The notes under the pieces are model-generated. The model was not told where the DNA came from. It did no database searches and saw only the letters and a program-made list of their open reading frames with translations. 64,000 bases of DNA from Macrostomum lignano (Eukaryota): the NCBI GenBank assembly GCA_002269645.1, contig NIVC01000851.1:1-64000 (forward strand), given 5' to 3'. Every line of letters begins with the position of its first letter. Within the stretch, counting starts at the first letter, position 1. The translations under genes were made by a program, and so were the position numbers. Below are positions 51,779 through 64,000 of this stretch, piece by piece.

Positions 51779-52669
51779 TCTTACCGACATTACCTTTGAT
51801 GATGCCCATAATAGAAGGGCTGAAAAGCAATTCATTTTCTTCTCTCTTCAGCATCCTGAAGCAGTGGAGCGGCAAGGCCATGTTTATTCTTCTCCGCTCG
51901 TAAAAGACTTTGCTGGGAAAATAATTCTGCCTGCAGAGGATGATGATGTAACCCCCTGGCTAGGGGCAGCCGCAGCATCCTTCGCCGGCCATTCATGACC
52001 GGACGGTTTTTGGGGCAAAAAGGCCGACAGCAGCCCAAACACTTCAAGCAGCGACCCGGCCTGACCTTTGCTGAGGGGATTTGAAGGGAAACTCCGCCAA
52101 TTTTTGGTCACTTGTTTCTGACTGCCAGATTTGACCTTCTCTCCCGCCGAACTGCCGAAGGTCGATGGCGCTCCCCCATGCAGTCCTCAGCCAGCGCCGA
52201 GTTTGAAATGAATTCCATGCAAACCAAAAATCAATGTCACGCGAAGCACAGCAAATTCTTAGAATAGCGACTTAACGCTGACTGGTTTATTGTATGAAGG
52301 GCCTTTATTTACACTTTGAGGCTGGGAGCAAAACAGCAGAACTTTTATCGACTGCATTTCAAACACAATTTATAAAAAAGAAACTCAAAAAACAGGTTAG
52401 CATAGAAGAGCAGGTGGACCTCTGTGAATGTCTGAAAGTTACGCGAGCATTTCGCTTCGAAGCAAATTTTTCTACAGCACCGCACCAACCAATTCGTACT
52501 GTTTAAAATAACATAATGCATTACTGACTGGCGACGCCAGAGGAATCCGACACTCTGGAGCGGACGGAGAGGGGTGGGCTGTCTCGCTTGGGAATCGAAG
52601 GTCGGGAACCTTGAGGCTGAGGGTTTCGACTGGGTTTTTAGATGGCACTTAATAATAGAAGGGTGAAGA

Positions 52670-52935
52670 ACGGAGAGCGGAGAGCGGAGAGTGGAGAGTG
52701 GAGAGCGGAGATTAGAGAGCGGAGAGTGGAGAGCGGAGATTAGAGAGCGGAGAGTGGAGAGCGGAGAGTGGAGAGCGGAGAGTGGAGAACAGAGAGTAGA
52801 GAGTGGAGAGCGGAGAGCGGAGAACAGAGAGTAGAGAGTGGAGAGTAGAGAGTGGAGAGTGGAGAGCGGAGAGTGGAGAGCGGAGAGCGAAGAACAGAGA
52901 GTAGAGAGTGGAGAGTAGAGAGCGGAGAGTGGAGA
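52670..52935. repeat. 7-bp GA-rich repeat (GAGAGCG/GAGAGTG), truncated at the duplication junction; full array at 60790-61220
   Basis: Read directly. Confidence 0.93.
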
Positions 52936-53327
52936 CACACCTACACACTAATGCCCTGTCACCTCCACATTAATGTCACCTGCACACTAATGCCCTGTCA
53001 GCTGAATCCAGCTCCTATAGTTTTTCATGCATGAGAATATAGTCATTTCCTGCTCAGAAGCATTCAGACTTAAGCAGAGAAGCAGAAGCTAGCTAAATTG
53101 CTAGGAAAGTCGTCTCCATTGCTAGATGCAGAGAGCAATGATAGTGAGCATTTTTAATAGCTCGTACAATAAAAGTGCAGGAACTGGCATGCAATTGTGT
53201 AGATGGAATAGAGCAATTTGTTACCTCGCTGCAAATCTGTAAATTGATCAATGGTTTTTAAAAGCATCAAAATCAAACAAAAATGCAAAATACAACCAGA
53301 GCTAATGCTACCCAAAGCGAGGCTCAC

Positions 53328-53557
53328 CATGACAAAGTTGTTGCTATGGAGACGAGCTCCATCTTTGTGCCAGGCAACCTGCGGCCTGGGATAGCCGTGA
53401 ACTGTACAGATGAAGGTCACCTTGTCGCCAACTTGCACGTCCAGCTGTTCGCTGAAGCTGCCGGAGAATCTCGGCGCGAACGGAGTCGGAGATGCCAGAG
53501 GCGATCCGCGACTGGGCGCTGGGTCTGGCGGCAGAGGGTCAGGGAGTAGCCGGTAAG
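53328..53557 (-). CDS. Ig I-set exon (first half of a domain), copy 2
   Basis: Identical to 45236-45465 at offset 8092. Confidence 0.8.
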
Positions 53558-56500
53558 CTGCGCGATGGAGGGTCAGGGGGAGCGGAAGGGCACGCGTCTA
53601 GAGGGGACTGATGGGTTGGGTCAGAGATGGGGCTAAGAGTTTGGGTCAGAGATGGGGCTAAGAGTTTGGGTCAGAGATGGGGCTAAGAGTTTGGGTTAGA
53701 GATGGGGCTAGAGGTTAGTCAATGGTCAAGGGTCAAGGTTAAGCGATGGGTCAAGGGATGGGTCAAGGGACGGGTCAAGGGACGGGTTAAGGGGTGGGTG
53801 AAGGGATATGGATCCAGGAATGGGTCAAAAGACGGGTCAAGGGATGTGTCAAGGGATGTGGATAAAGGGATGGGTCAAAAAATAGATTAAGGGATGGGTC
53901 AGGGAATGAGCCAAGGGACGGGTCAACGGATGGGTCAACGGATGGGTCTAGGGTTGGATCGATAGGTAGATAAAGAGATAAGGACTCGATCTGTTTCTGT
54001 AGGTGGGTCGAGAGCCTAGTTGAGAGTCTAAGACGAGAGCCTGGGTCAAGAGCCTGGTCGAGAGTCTGGGACGAGAGTCTGGGACGAGAGCCTGGTCGAG
54101 AGTCTGGGTCGAGAGTCTGGGTCGAGAGCCTGGTCGAGAGTCTGGGTCGAGAGTCTGGGTCGAGAGTCTGGGTCGAGAGTCTGGGTCGAGAGTCTGGGTC
54201 GAGAGTCTGGGTCGAGAGTCTGGGTCGAGAGTCTGGGTCGAGAGTCTTGGTCGAGAGTCTGGGTCGAGAGTCTGGGTCGAGAGTCTGGGTCGAGAGCCTG
54301 GGACGAGAGCCTGGTCGAGAGTCTGGGTCGAGAGCCTGGTCGAGAGCCTGGTCGAGAGTCTGGGTCGAGAGCCTGGTCGAGAGCCTGGTCGAGAGTCTGG
54401 GTCGAGAGTCTGGGTCGAGAGCCTGCATGGTCGAGAGTCTGGGTTGAAAGTCTGGGTCGAGAGTCTGGGTCGAGAGTCTGGGTCGAGAGTCTGGGTCGAG
54501 AGTAAAGTAAGATGTCGATCAAAGTCAAGTGCTGGATCGAATGCTGGCCTGTGGTTGGGTTATGAGATCGGTCAGGAGACCTGACCAAAGAAGCCCAGTA
54601 ACTCAACGTATGGAAAGAATCGCCCCATTACATGTTTATAAGGGTATAAATATTTATACCCTTACTTTGAAAGTTCTGACAAACTAACAAGCATTTACTT
54701 TGAGGTCCTTATAGAAACCAAAATCAATATCGTAAATTTGTCCAAAGCCTGCAAACGCTGCAACTGAATTGCCAAGCAAAGATTTCTATTAATAGGTCTA
54801 GCTTCCCGTGTGTCTGGTCCCGACTGCGCCGCCAGATAGGTAATTAATTATTAATTAGTTCAAAATCCAATGCAATGAACTCCGCTGCTGAAATAGCTAG
54901 CTGATGAAGAGGCTGAATTCCGGTGTGGCCTGTGGTAGATCGTAAACCATTCAAGATGTGCCTTCATCAGGTAAGCTGAGAGCGGTATGGGCATTTTGAA
55001 AAGGGTGCAGGGAATTGGGGAAAAGACTGTGAATGAGCACAGTGTGAATGAAGAGGCTGTGAATGAAGAGACTGTGAATAAGGAGACTGTGAATAAATAG
55101 CCTGTAAATTAGCACACTGTAAATGAAGAAACTGTGAATGAAGAGACTGTGAATTAAAATACTGTGAATGAAGAGACTGTGAATGAGTACACTGTGAATG
55201 AAGAGGCTGTGAATGAAGAGACTGTGAATAAGGAGACTGAATGAAGAGACTGTGAGTGAAGAGACTTTGAATGAAGAGACTGTGAATGAAGAGACTGTGA
55301 GTGAAGAGACTTTGAATGAAGAGACTGTGAATGAAGAGATTGTGAAGGTGAATAAAGCGACTGTGAATGAAGAGACTGTGAATGAGGAGACTGTGAATGA
55401 AGAGATTGTGAAGGTGAATAAAGCGACTGTGAATGAAGAGACTGTGAATGAGGAGACTGTGAATGAAGAGACTGTGAATGAAGAGACTGTGAATGAAGAG
55501 ACTGTGAATGAAGAGACTGTGAATGAAGAGACTGTGAATGAAGAGACTGTGAATGAAGAGACTGTGAATGAAGAGACTGTGAATGAAGAGACTGTGAATG
55601 AAGAGACTGTGAATGAAGAGACTGTGAATGAAGAGACTGTGAATGAGGAGACTGTGAATGAAGAGACTATGAATGAAGAGACTGTGAATGAGGAGACTGT
55701 GAATGAGGAGACTGTGAATGAAGAGACTGTGAATGAGGAGACTGTGAATGAAGAGACTGTGAATAAAGCGACTGTGAATGAGGAGACTGTGAATGAAGAG
55801 ACTGTGAATAAAGCGACTGTGAATGAGGAGACTGTGAATGAGGAGACTGTGAATGAAGAGACTGTGAATGAGGAGACTGTGAATGAAGAGACTGTGAATG
55901 AAGAGACTGTGAATGAGGAGACTATAATTGTTTTCAGTCGGGAATGAAATAAGTGAGCCTCAGCCAGGTCCTGTGCTGTTGGATTGCAGGACACAAAAAT
56001 ATTTCCGAAGCCCCACCCGACCCTCAGAAGCAGGGGGGGGGGGGGGGGCGGCGGAGAGGACAACCGAAGGAAATCGATGTCAAGTACAGGGCCGCGGCAC
56101 CGGCGGTCGATATTGAAATAAGACTGATTTTCTCTGCCTGTGCCTCTCCCTATCTGGAGGCGCAGTCCATAAGACCCCAGCCGGCGCTGACAAACAGCAG
56201 TGGCGGGCGGCCATAGTCCACCCGTGCAGAGGAATAATAGGGGGGACTCTGATCAAGCGCTGCAAGTTTTATGGTTTGTTGATCGATAAGAGGGCTTGAC
56301 GTGGAGTGGAGTGAGTATGTGGAGACGGGAGGTGATATGCTAATGCTAATGCTCATAGCTGCTGCTCAGAGTTCCGCCTGGAAATTACATTTATGAGTGT
56401 GAGATCGGATGGACAAAGGGACTGAAAAAAGATGAATAAGATTCTCAACAACAGGTGCGCAGACAACCAAAATATGTAGGCAGACAGGCAAAGCATTGGG

Positions 56501-57212
56501 CTAGACACTCGGGACAGGTGAATGGACACCCCAAGACAGGTGTAGGCAGACACTCAAGACAGGTGAATGGATACCCCCAAGACAGGTGTATGCAGACACT
56601 CAAGACAGGTGTAGGCAGACACTCAAGACAGGTGAATGGACACCCCCAAGACAGGTGTATGCAGACAATCAAGACAGGTGTAGGCAGACACTCAAGACAG
56701 GTGAATGGACACCCCCAAGACAGGTGTATGCAGACACTCAAGACAGGTGTAGGCAGACACTCAAGACAGGTGAATGGACACCCCCAAGACATGTGTATGC
56801 AGACACTCAAGACAGGTGTAGGCAGACACTCAAGACAGGTGTAGGCAGACACTTAAGACAGGTGTAGGCAGACACTCAAGACAGGTGTAGGCAGACACTT
56901 AAGACAGGTGTAGGCAGACACTCAAAACAGGTGTAGGCAGACACTCAAAACAGGTGTAGGCAGACACTCAAGACAGGTGTAGGCAGACACTTAAGACAGG
57001 TGTAGGCAGACACTCAAGACAGGTGTAGGCAGACACTTAAGACAGGTGTAGGCAGACACTCAAGACAGGTGTAGGCAGACACTCAAGACAGGTGTAGGCA
57101 GACACTCAAGACAGGTGTAGGCAGACACTCAAGACAGGTGTAGGCAGACACTCAAGACAGGTGTAGGCAGACAGGTTTATGTAGGATCGATCGGCTCAAT
57201 TCAGCAGCTCAC

Positions 57213-57504
57213 GTCCACCTCCAGAGGTGTCGTAAGTCGCGGCGACCCGCACGTGACACCTGGACTCGACGCGGCCCTCGCAGTTCTCAGCGACCACCGA
57301 GTACACCCCGGCGTCGCCACGGCGAACCGCCGGCAGGTCGAGCCAGAACTCGCCCCGCTCCGGGTCCGAGTCGGTGCCGAATTTCGCCCGCCGGCCGTCC
57401 ATTGGCCGACCGTTGAACAGCCAGGAGACCCGCGGCGGCGGCCGGCCCGTGATGCGGCAGCTCAGCCTCAGGCGAGCACCCTCGGACACCAGCTCTTCGT
57501 CCAT
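57213..57504 (-). CDS. Complete Ig I-set domain exon, copy 2
   Basis: Identical to 49118-49409 at offset 8095. Confidence 0.85.
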
Positions 57505-58149
57505 CGCTGTCTGTCCGAGTTTTTTGGATGATGGGGGAGAAGATCGATGGAAGGCAGACCGGTTAAATTCTGCGCTGCTTTGTTTATTTCTGCTTCTGCT
57601 GCCGTTGCTGCTTCTGCACTCCTGGCAGTAGCCCCCTGTTTCTCTCGTTATCTATCACTGCTGAGTCCCTGTGCTCAGCGGAGTCCGGGGAGGGGGTCTC
57701 CGCGCTCCAGCAGGAACCAATCCGAGGGCAGGGGAAGTCCCCGCGTCTCCTCATGCATGAATTCATTCTCCCTTCCCCCAAATCATCTCTTTCTCTCTCT
57801 CTCAGCCTTCGCCTGTAGGCAGGGAGAGGCTTAGCGACAGAGTTTTGGCTTGGGGATCTATAAATACACGAGCTTACCTTACACGGGCCAAGCAGGGATT
57901 TCTACTTTGGCGAGAGAGTACATTGATTTTGCTGGAGATCCTGTCTTTTTCCTTACTACTCTACTTATAGTAAGAATAATGCGTTTATTTATCGATATTT
58001 TTGGGATCTAATGACGCAGAATTATACTACTATACAGCGCCTTAGAAAAACAAATTTTGAGTCATTTGGGCCACCCGTCAAGCAGCAGTGCTAAGAGTGC
58101 CCGCACTTCCTGTCATCGTCTGTCTAATTTGCTAATTTGGGTTTTCTCA

Positions 58150-58350
58150 GGCATTTTTTATTTAGCAGCGCATTGGTGCCCTCCTTGCCAACCAAAGACT
58201 AGAATTGCATATTTATGTGCCATGCAGGCAGCGGCCATTAACATTTAGTTGCTGCCCTGTTTTGCATTATCTGGCTGCTCCCAGCAAATTCTTCATTACT
58301 TTGAACAGTGCGCGACGGGGAATCCATGGGGGAATGCAGATATTGGAAAT
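58150..58350 (+). pseudogene. Decayed nucleoredoxin-like fragment, copy 2
   Basis: Same sequence as 50056-50256. Confidence 0.5.
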
Positions 58351-58896
58351 ATGAATGACTACTTCTACCTACCTGCCTGCCTACCTAACTAACTACCTAC
58401 CTACCTACCTACCTACCTACCTACCTACCTACATACCTAATTATCTACTACCTACCTACCTACCCACCTACATACCTGCCTACCTGCCTACCTGCCTACC
58501 TGCCTCCCTACCTGTCTACCTACCTACCTATCTGCCTGCCTACCTACCTACCTACCTACCTACCTACGTGCCTACCTACCTCCCTACCTCCCTACCTACC
58601 TACCTATCTGCCTACCTCAAATAAAGGCAAGGTTTCCGGCCAAGCGGCTCCAACACCTCCCTGTCGGCAAGTGTCACGCGCCCTGGGCATACATTACCCG
58701 GGCAGTGCAACAGATTGCCGCCTCTTGTGAGCGAAGAAGTAAATCAAAATGTGTGGCGTGCCGGGCCATTCATTTTATAAAAAATAACTCAAGAGACAGA
58801 CGTGCGCAGACAGGTGCATTTGGAAATGAATGCAGACTAGCCTCACCTATAGGCTCTTAACAGCTGGAGAGCCATTGGGACTGTCGGTGTATCTAT

Positions 58897-58941
<45 letters not shown>

Positions 58942-58942
58942 C

Positions 58943-59001
<59 letters not shown>

Positions 59002-59002
59002 C

Positions 59003-59037
<35 letters not shown>

Positions 59038-59038
59038 C

Positions 59039-59117
<79 letters not shown>

Positions 59118-59118
59118 C

Positions 59119-59197
<79 letters not shown>

Positions 59198-59226
59198 CAT
59201 CTATCTATCTATCTATCTATCTATCA

Positions 59227-59257
<31 letters not shown>

Positions 59258-59523
59258 AACAACAACACAACAAAATACGCTGTCATGATGGTAAAAGTCA
59301 GCGTCACAGGGCGCGCTTCATGGCTTGGGCGCGAACAAAGGCCGCGCCACCGGCAGTGTCCGGGGCGCCGGCGTCAGCCAGCAGACAGTCGACATAACGC
59401 CGAGTTCGCGCTTGACCTCGCCGGTAGGGTGCCTGCAGCGTGAGCAGCAGCACCTCCTGCACCGGCTGTGGGCAGTACGACTCGGCGCGGATGAGATGGC
59501 CTGCGAGCTGGAGTCGCCGACGG
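59258..59523 (-). mobile_element. 5'-truncated RTE-type fragment, copy 2
   Basis: Identical to 51168-51433; arose with the segmental duplication. Confidence 0.75.
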
Positions 59524-59533
59524 CTATCTATCA

Positions 59534-59568
<35 letters not shown>

Positions 59569-59577
59569 CATCTATCC

Positions 59578-59684
<107 letters not shown>

Positions 59685-59713
59685 AATCAATCAATCTATC
59701 TATCTATCTATCC

Positions 59714-59895
<182 letters not shown>

Positions 59896-61183
59896 GTCTT
59901 ACCGACATTACCTTTGATGATGCCCATAATAGAAGGGCTGAAAAGCAATTCATTTTCTTCTCTCTTCAGCATCCTGAAGCAGTGGAGCGGCAAGGCCATG
60001 TTTATTCTTCTCCGCTCGTAAAAGACTTTGCTGGGAAAATAATTCTGCCTGCAGAGGATGATGATGTAACCCCCTGGCTAGGGGGCAGCCGCAGCATCCT
60101 TCGCCGGCCATTCATGACCGGACGGTTTTTGGGGCAAAAAGGCCGGCAGCAGCCCAAACACTTCAAGCAGCGACCCGGCCTGACCTTTGCTGAGGGGATT
60201 TGAAGGGAAACTCCGCCAATTTTTGGTCACTTGTTTCTGACTGCCAGATTTGACCTTCTCTCCCGCCGAACTGCCGAAGGTCGATGGCGCTCCCCCATGC
60301 AGTCCTCAGCCAGCGCCGAGTTTGAAATGAATTCCATGCAAACCAAAAATCAATGTCACGCGAAGCACAGCAAATTCTTAGAATAGCGACTTAACGCTGA
60401 CTGGTTTATTGTATGAAGGGCCTTTATTTACACTTTGAGGCTGGGAGCAAAACAGCAGAACTTTTATCGACTGCATTTCAAACACAATTTATAAAAAAGA
60501 AACTCAAAAAACAGGTTAGCATAGAAGAGCAGGTGGACCTCTGTGAATGTCTGAAAGTTACGCGAGCATTTCGCTTCGAAGCAAATTTTTCTACAGCACC
60601 GCACCAACCAATTCGTACTGTTTAAAATAACATAATGCATTACTGACTGGCGACGCCAGAGGAATCCGACACTCTGGAGCGGACGGAGAGGGGTGGGCTG
60701 TCTCGCTTGGGAATCGAAGGTCGGGAACCTTGAGGCTGAGGGTTTCGACTGGGTTTTTAGATGGCACTTAATAATAGAAGGGTGAAGAACGGAGAGCGGA
60801 GAGCGGAGAGTGGAGAGTGGAGAGCGGAGATTAGAGAGCGGAGAGTGGAGAGCGGAGATTAGAGAGCGGAGAGTGGAGAGCGGAGAGTGGAGAGCGGAGA
60901 GTGGAGAACAGAGAGTAGAGAGTGGAGAGCGGAGAGCGGAGAACAGAGAGTAGAGAGTGGAGAGTAGAGAGTGGAGAGTGGAGAGCGGAGAGTGGAGAGC
61001 GGAGAGCGAAGAACAGAGAGTAGAGAGTGGAGAGTAGAGAGCGGAGAGTGGAGAGCGGATAGAAGAGAGCGGAGAGTGGAGCGTAGAGAGCGGAGAGTGG
61101 AGAGCGGATAGAAGAGAGCGGAGAGTGGAGCGTAGAGAGCGGAGAGTGGAGAGCGGATAGAAGAGAGCGGAGAGTGGAGCGTA

Positions 61184-61215
<32 letters not shown>

Positions 61216-61281
61216 CCGGAGATGAATGAGTAGAGCAGTGAGAGCAGTTCAGTAACGTCTTTCCACCGGAACCTGTCATCC

Positions 61282-63143
61282 TCAATAGCAGTCGGTGGGT
61301 CCCAGCTGCCATCCGCTGAGCTCTCCCAGCCTCCTAGTGATGCAGCTGCGCCACAGCTGTTTAGCTTCGCCGCTTGGCGCCTCCAGCAGGAGCGTGCGGC
61401 CGCCAGCGAAGGACAGACAGAGCAGTCGGGGATTCTGGGCAAAGTCGAACTGGGCGGAGCAGCACTCCACCAGCCGGAGAGGCTGACTGAGAATCGGGCC
61501 CGCGGCTGCCGCGTCTTCCCGTCGGTGCGGCGCCAGGATGAGCAGGTCGGGCAGCAGCATGGCGTGGGCGCCGATGGCGGCGGGCAGCTGGCGGCTGTCG
61601 CGACAGTGCCAGACCAGGTGGCCGGACAGAATCTCCTGCTGACGGTGCTGCGGCTGCTGGTGCTGGCGGAGCTGCTGACTCGGCTGCTGTTGGCTGAAGT
61701 GGGTGGAAAAGCTGATTAGGATTATGAAATTAAAATCGGCCTGGAGCTGGTCCGCTTGGGCCAAAGTTAGTCGGTGGTCGGTTGGTTGGAGTGGGAAGCG
61801 ACGCTGCCGCTAGTCAAGCCGACAGCCAAGCAGACATGTCCATTCCGCTGCGTCCTGAGTACATATTGATACAAGCGCGTGAATACTGTACGCAGGCTCG
61901 CACTCATGCACACGCTCACACAGAGTGTACAGCGGTCCTGACTTTCCAATCGTCAGGCATGTACACTCTGCGCCTTGGGGGTTACACGAAACCAGAGGTC
62001 GTGGCGCGAGAGTTGAATGGACAGACCGGCATTAAGACTGGCGCTGCCTACCTGGAGTTGGTGCCGCACCACTGGGAGTGGCGCCTGCGCTGCTGCTGGA
62101 GCTCGGCGGCCGACGGGTCAGCCGAAGACACGCCGGAGGATGAAGCTACGAGGCTTCGAGCAGTCGGCGACATCGCTGCGTCCGCCTCCTCCAGTCCGGA
62201 GTCCTTGAACTCTTTATAGTCTTTGTTGCCAGCGTTTACGTAGTCTTTGTAGCGCCCGTCTTCGTCCTCGAAGTTTTCATAGTCGTCTTCGTCGTCTTCT
62301 TCGGCGCCGTGCAGTCCGGGGGTCGACGCTGGCAGCGAGGCAGCGCAGTGCTCGAGGCTCTGGGCGACGTCCTCAGCGAACATGTGGTCGTAGTGGGCCG
62401 GCGGCGTCGCCTCCAGCAGGTCGCGAAATATCGCCGCCAGTCGGCGAAGATGCCGCACCGGCTCCGTCAGGCAGCGGCGCAGCGGCGGCAGTGGCGTCGC
62501 CGAGGGGGCTGATCGGCGCGCCATGCGCAGCGCCGTCCGCGCCTCAGGACAGGCGGCCAGCAGGGCGCGCAGGAGGCGCAGCGCCGTGGCATTCAAATTG
62601 TCGGCATAGTCCCGATACTGGTCGCACAGCTGGTACAGCCGGGCCCGGTAGATCTGGCCGGCGTTGTCCACCAGGCCGCGAAGACTCTGCGACTGCCTGA
62701 TGAGGCTCAGCGAAGAGCAGCTGGCCTCAAGCAGGTCCTCCAGGTTGAAGAACATCGCCCGGTGCTCGTCCGGTGTCAGGAACTCGGCCAGTCTGTCAGC
62801 GTAAAACTGTCGGCAGGCGGCCAGCCCCAAAGCGAAGGCCTCCTCGCTGCTGGCCAGGCGGGCCACGGCCGCTTGGCGGGCCGCTTCGTTGGCCACTTCG
62901 TCGACGCTTGGGCGCGAAGACGGTTGGGGCATCGGCGGCGGCAGTGGCTGCATTTGATTATTGAATCCACGCCGAGACAAGGAGAACGTGCTGAATGGTT
63001 CCTGTTGCAGTATCTGCTGCTGTTGCGGCTGCTGTTGCTGCTGCTGAGGTTGCGGCTGCCGTGGATTCGCAGCATCTGCAGTAGCTCTGTCAACATCCGC
63101 CAGCCAGCGTTGAACTCGAATCTCCAAGCGACCCGGGCTCTGT
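61282..63143 (-). CDS. Dbl-family RhoGEF, DH and PH exons (5'-partial)
   Basis: Exon 63143-62052 (acceptor TTAAACAG, donor AG|GTAGGC) encodes DH motifs RQAAVARLASSEEAFALGL, MFFNLEDLL, YRDYADN, LTEPVRHLRRLAAIFRDLLEATPPAHYD. Exon 61693-61282 (phase 2 match) is PH-like (LLLEAPSGEAKQLWRSCI) and ends in TGA. Confidence 0.85.
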
Positions 63144-63227
63144 CTGTTTAATAATAAATCAGATTTACTAGCTCGTAATATGCTGGTTTGTGGGTTCTTT
63201 GAATCAGAGATCCACCCTCACCATCCC

Positions 63228-64000
63228 TCCTCACTGTCCTCTCCTCACTCTCCTCTCCTCACTCTCCTCTCCTCACTGTCCTCTCCTCACTCTCCTCTCC
63301 TCACTCTCCTCTCCTCACTCTCCTCTCCTCACTCTCCTCTCCTCACTGTCCTCTCCTCACTCTCCTCTCCTCACTCTCCTCTCCTCACTCTCCTCTCCTC
63401 ACTCTCCTCTCCTCACTGTCCTCTCCTCACTGTCCTCTCCTCACTCTCCTCTCCTCACTCTCCTCTCCTCACTCTCCTCTCCTCACTGTCCTCTCCTCAC
63501 TGTCCTCTCCTCACTCTCCTCTCCTCACTTTCCTCTCCTCACTGTCCTCTCCTCACTCTCCTCTCCTCACTCTCCTCTCCTCACTGTCCTCTCCTCACTG
63601 TCCTCTCCTCACTCTCCTCTCCTCACTCTCCTCTCCTCACTGTCCTCTCCTCACTGTCCTCTCCTCACTCTCCTCTCCTCACTCTCCTCTCCTCACTGTC
63701 CTCTCCTCACTGTCCTCTCCTCACTCTCCTCTCCTCACTCTCCTCTCCTCACTGTCCTCTCCTCACTGTCCTCTCCTCACTCTCCTCTCCTCACTTTCCT
63801 CTCCTCACTCTCCTCTCCTCACTCTCCTCTCCTCACTCTCCTCTCCTCACTCTCCTCTCCTCACTCTCCTCTCCTCACTCTCCTCTCCTCACTGTCCTCT
63901 CCTCACTGTCCTCTCCTCACTCTCCTCTCCTCACTTTCCTCTCCTCACTCTCCTCTCCTCACTCTCCTCTCCTCACTCTCCTCTCCTCACTCTCCTCTCC
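63228..64000. repeat. 14-bp pyrimidine-rich minisatellite (TCACTSTCCTCTCC) in the RhoGEF upstream intron, runs off the right edge
   Basis: Read directly. Confidence 0.97.

Overview
Eukaryotic, intron-containing genomic DNA in the standard genetic code. GC-rich exons with polyQ/polyA runs sit in AT-rich spacers with very dense mini- and microsatellites; the style suggests a flatworm such as Macrostomum (inference only). Genes I can support by reading exons and splice sites: an intronless R9AP/R7BP-like tail-anchored protein (-), a 3-exon divergent rhodopsin-class GPCR (+), a 3-exon ATAD1/Msp1 AAA ATPase with a 1-nt frameshift (-), an intronless double-domain METTL24-like methyltransferase (-), a URB2-like ORF followed 217 bp later by a 3-exon esterase D gene (+), a multi-exon Ig I-set gene (-) and a DH-PH RhoGEF (-). 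The last two may be one obscurin/UNC-89-like gene. About 8.1 kb (44846-52935 and 52938-61054) is a near-identical tandem duplication. Mobile DNA includes a hAT-type MITE with an 8-bp TSD, a tRNA-headed CORE-like SINE and a 5'-truncated RTE-type retroelement embedded in (GATA)n. Most long ORFs in the supplied track are artefacts of tandem repeats. No prokaryotic features or CRISPR are present. No database search was run; all family calls come from recalled motifs.
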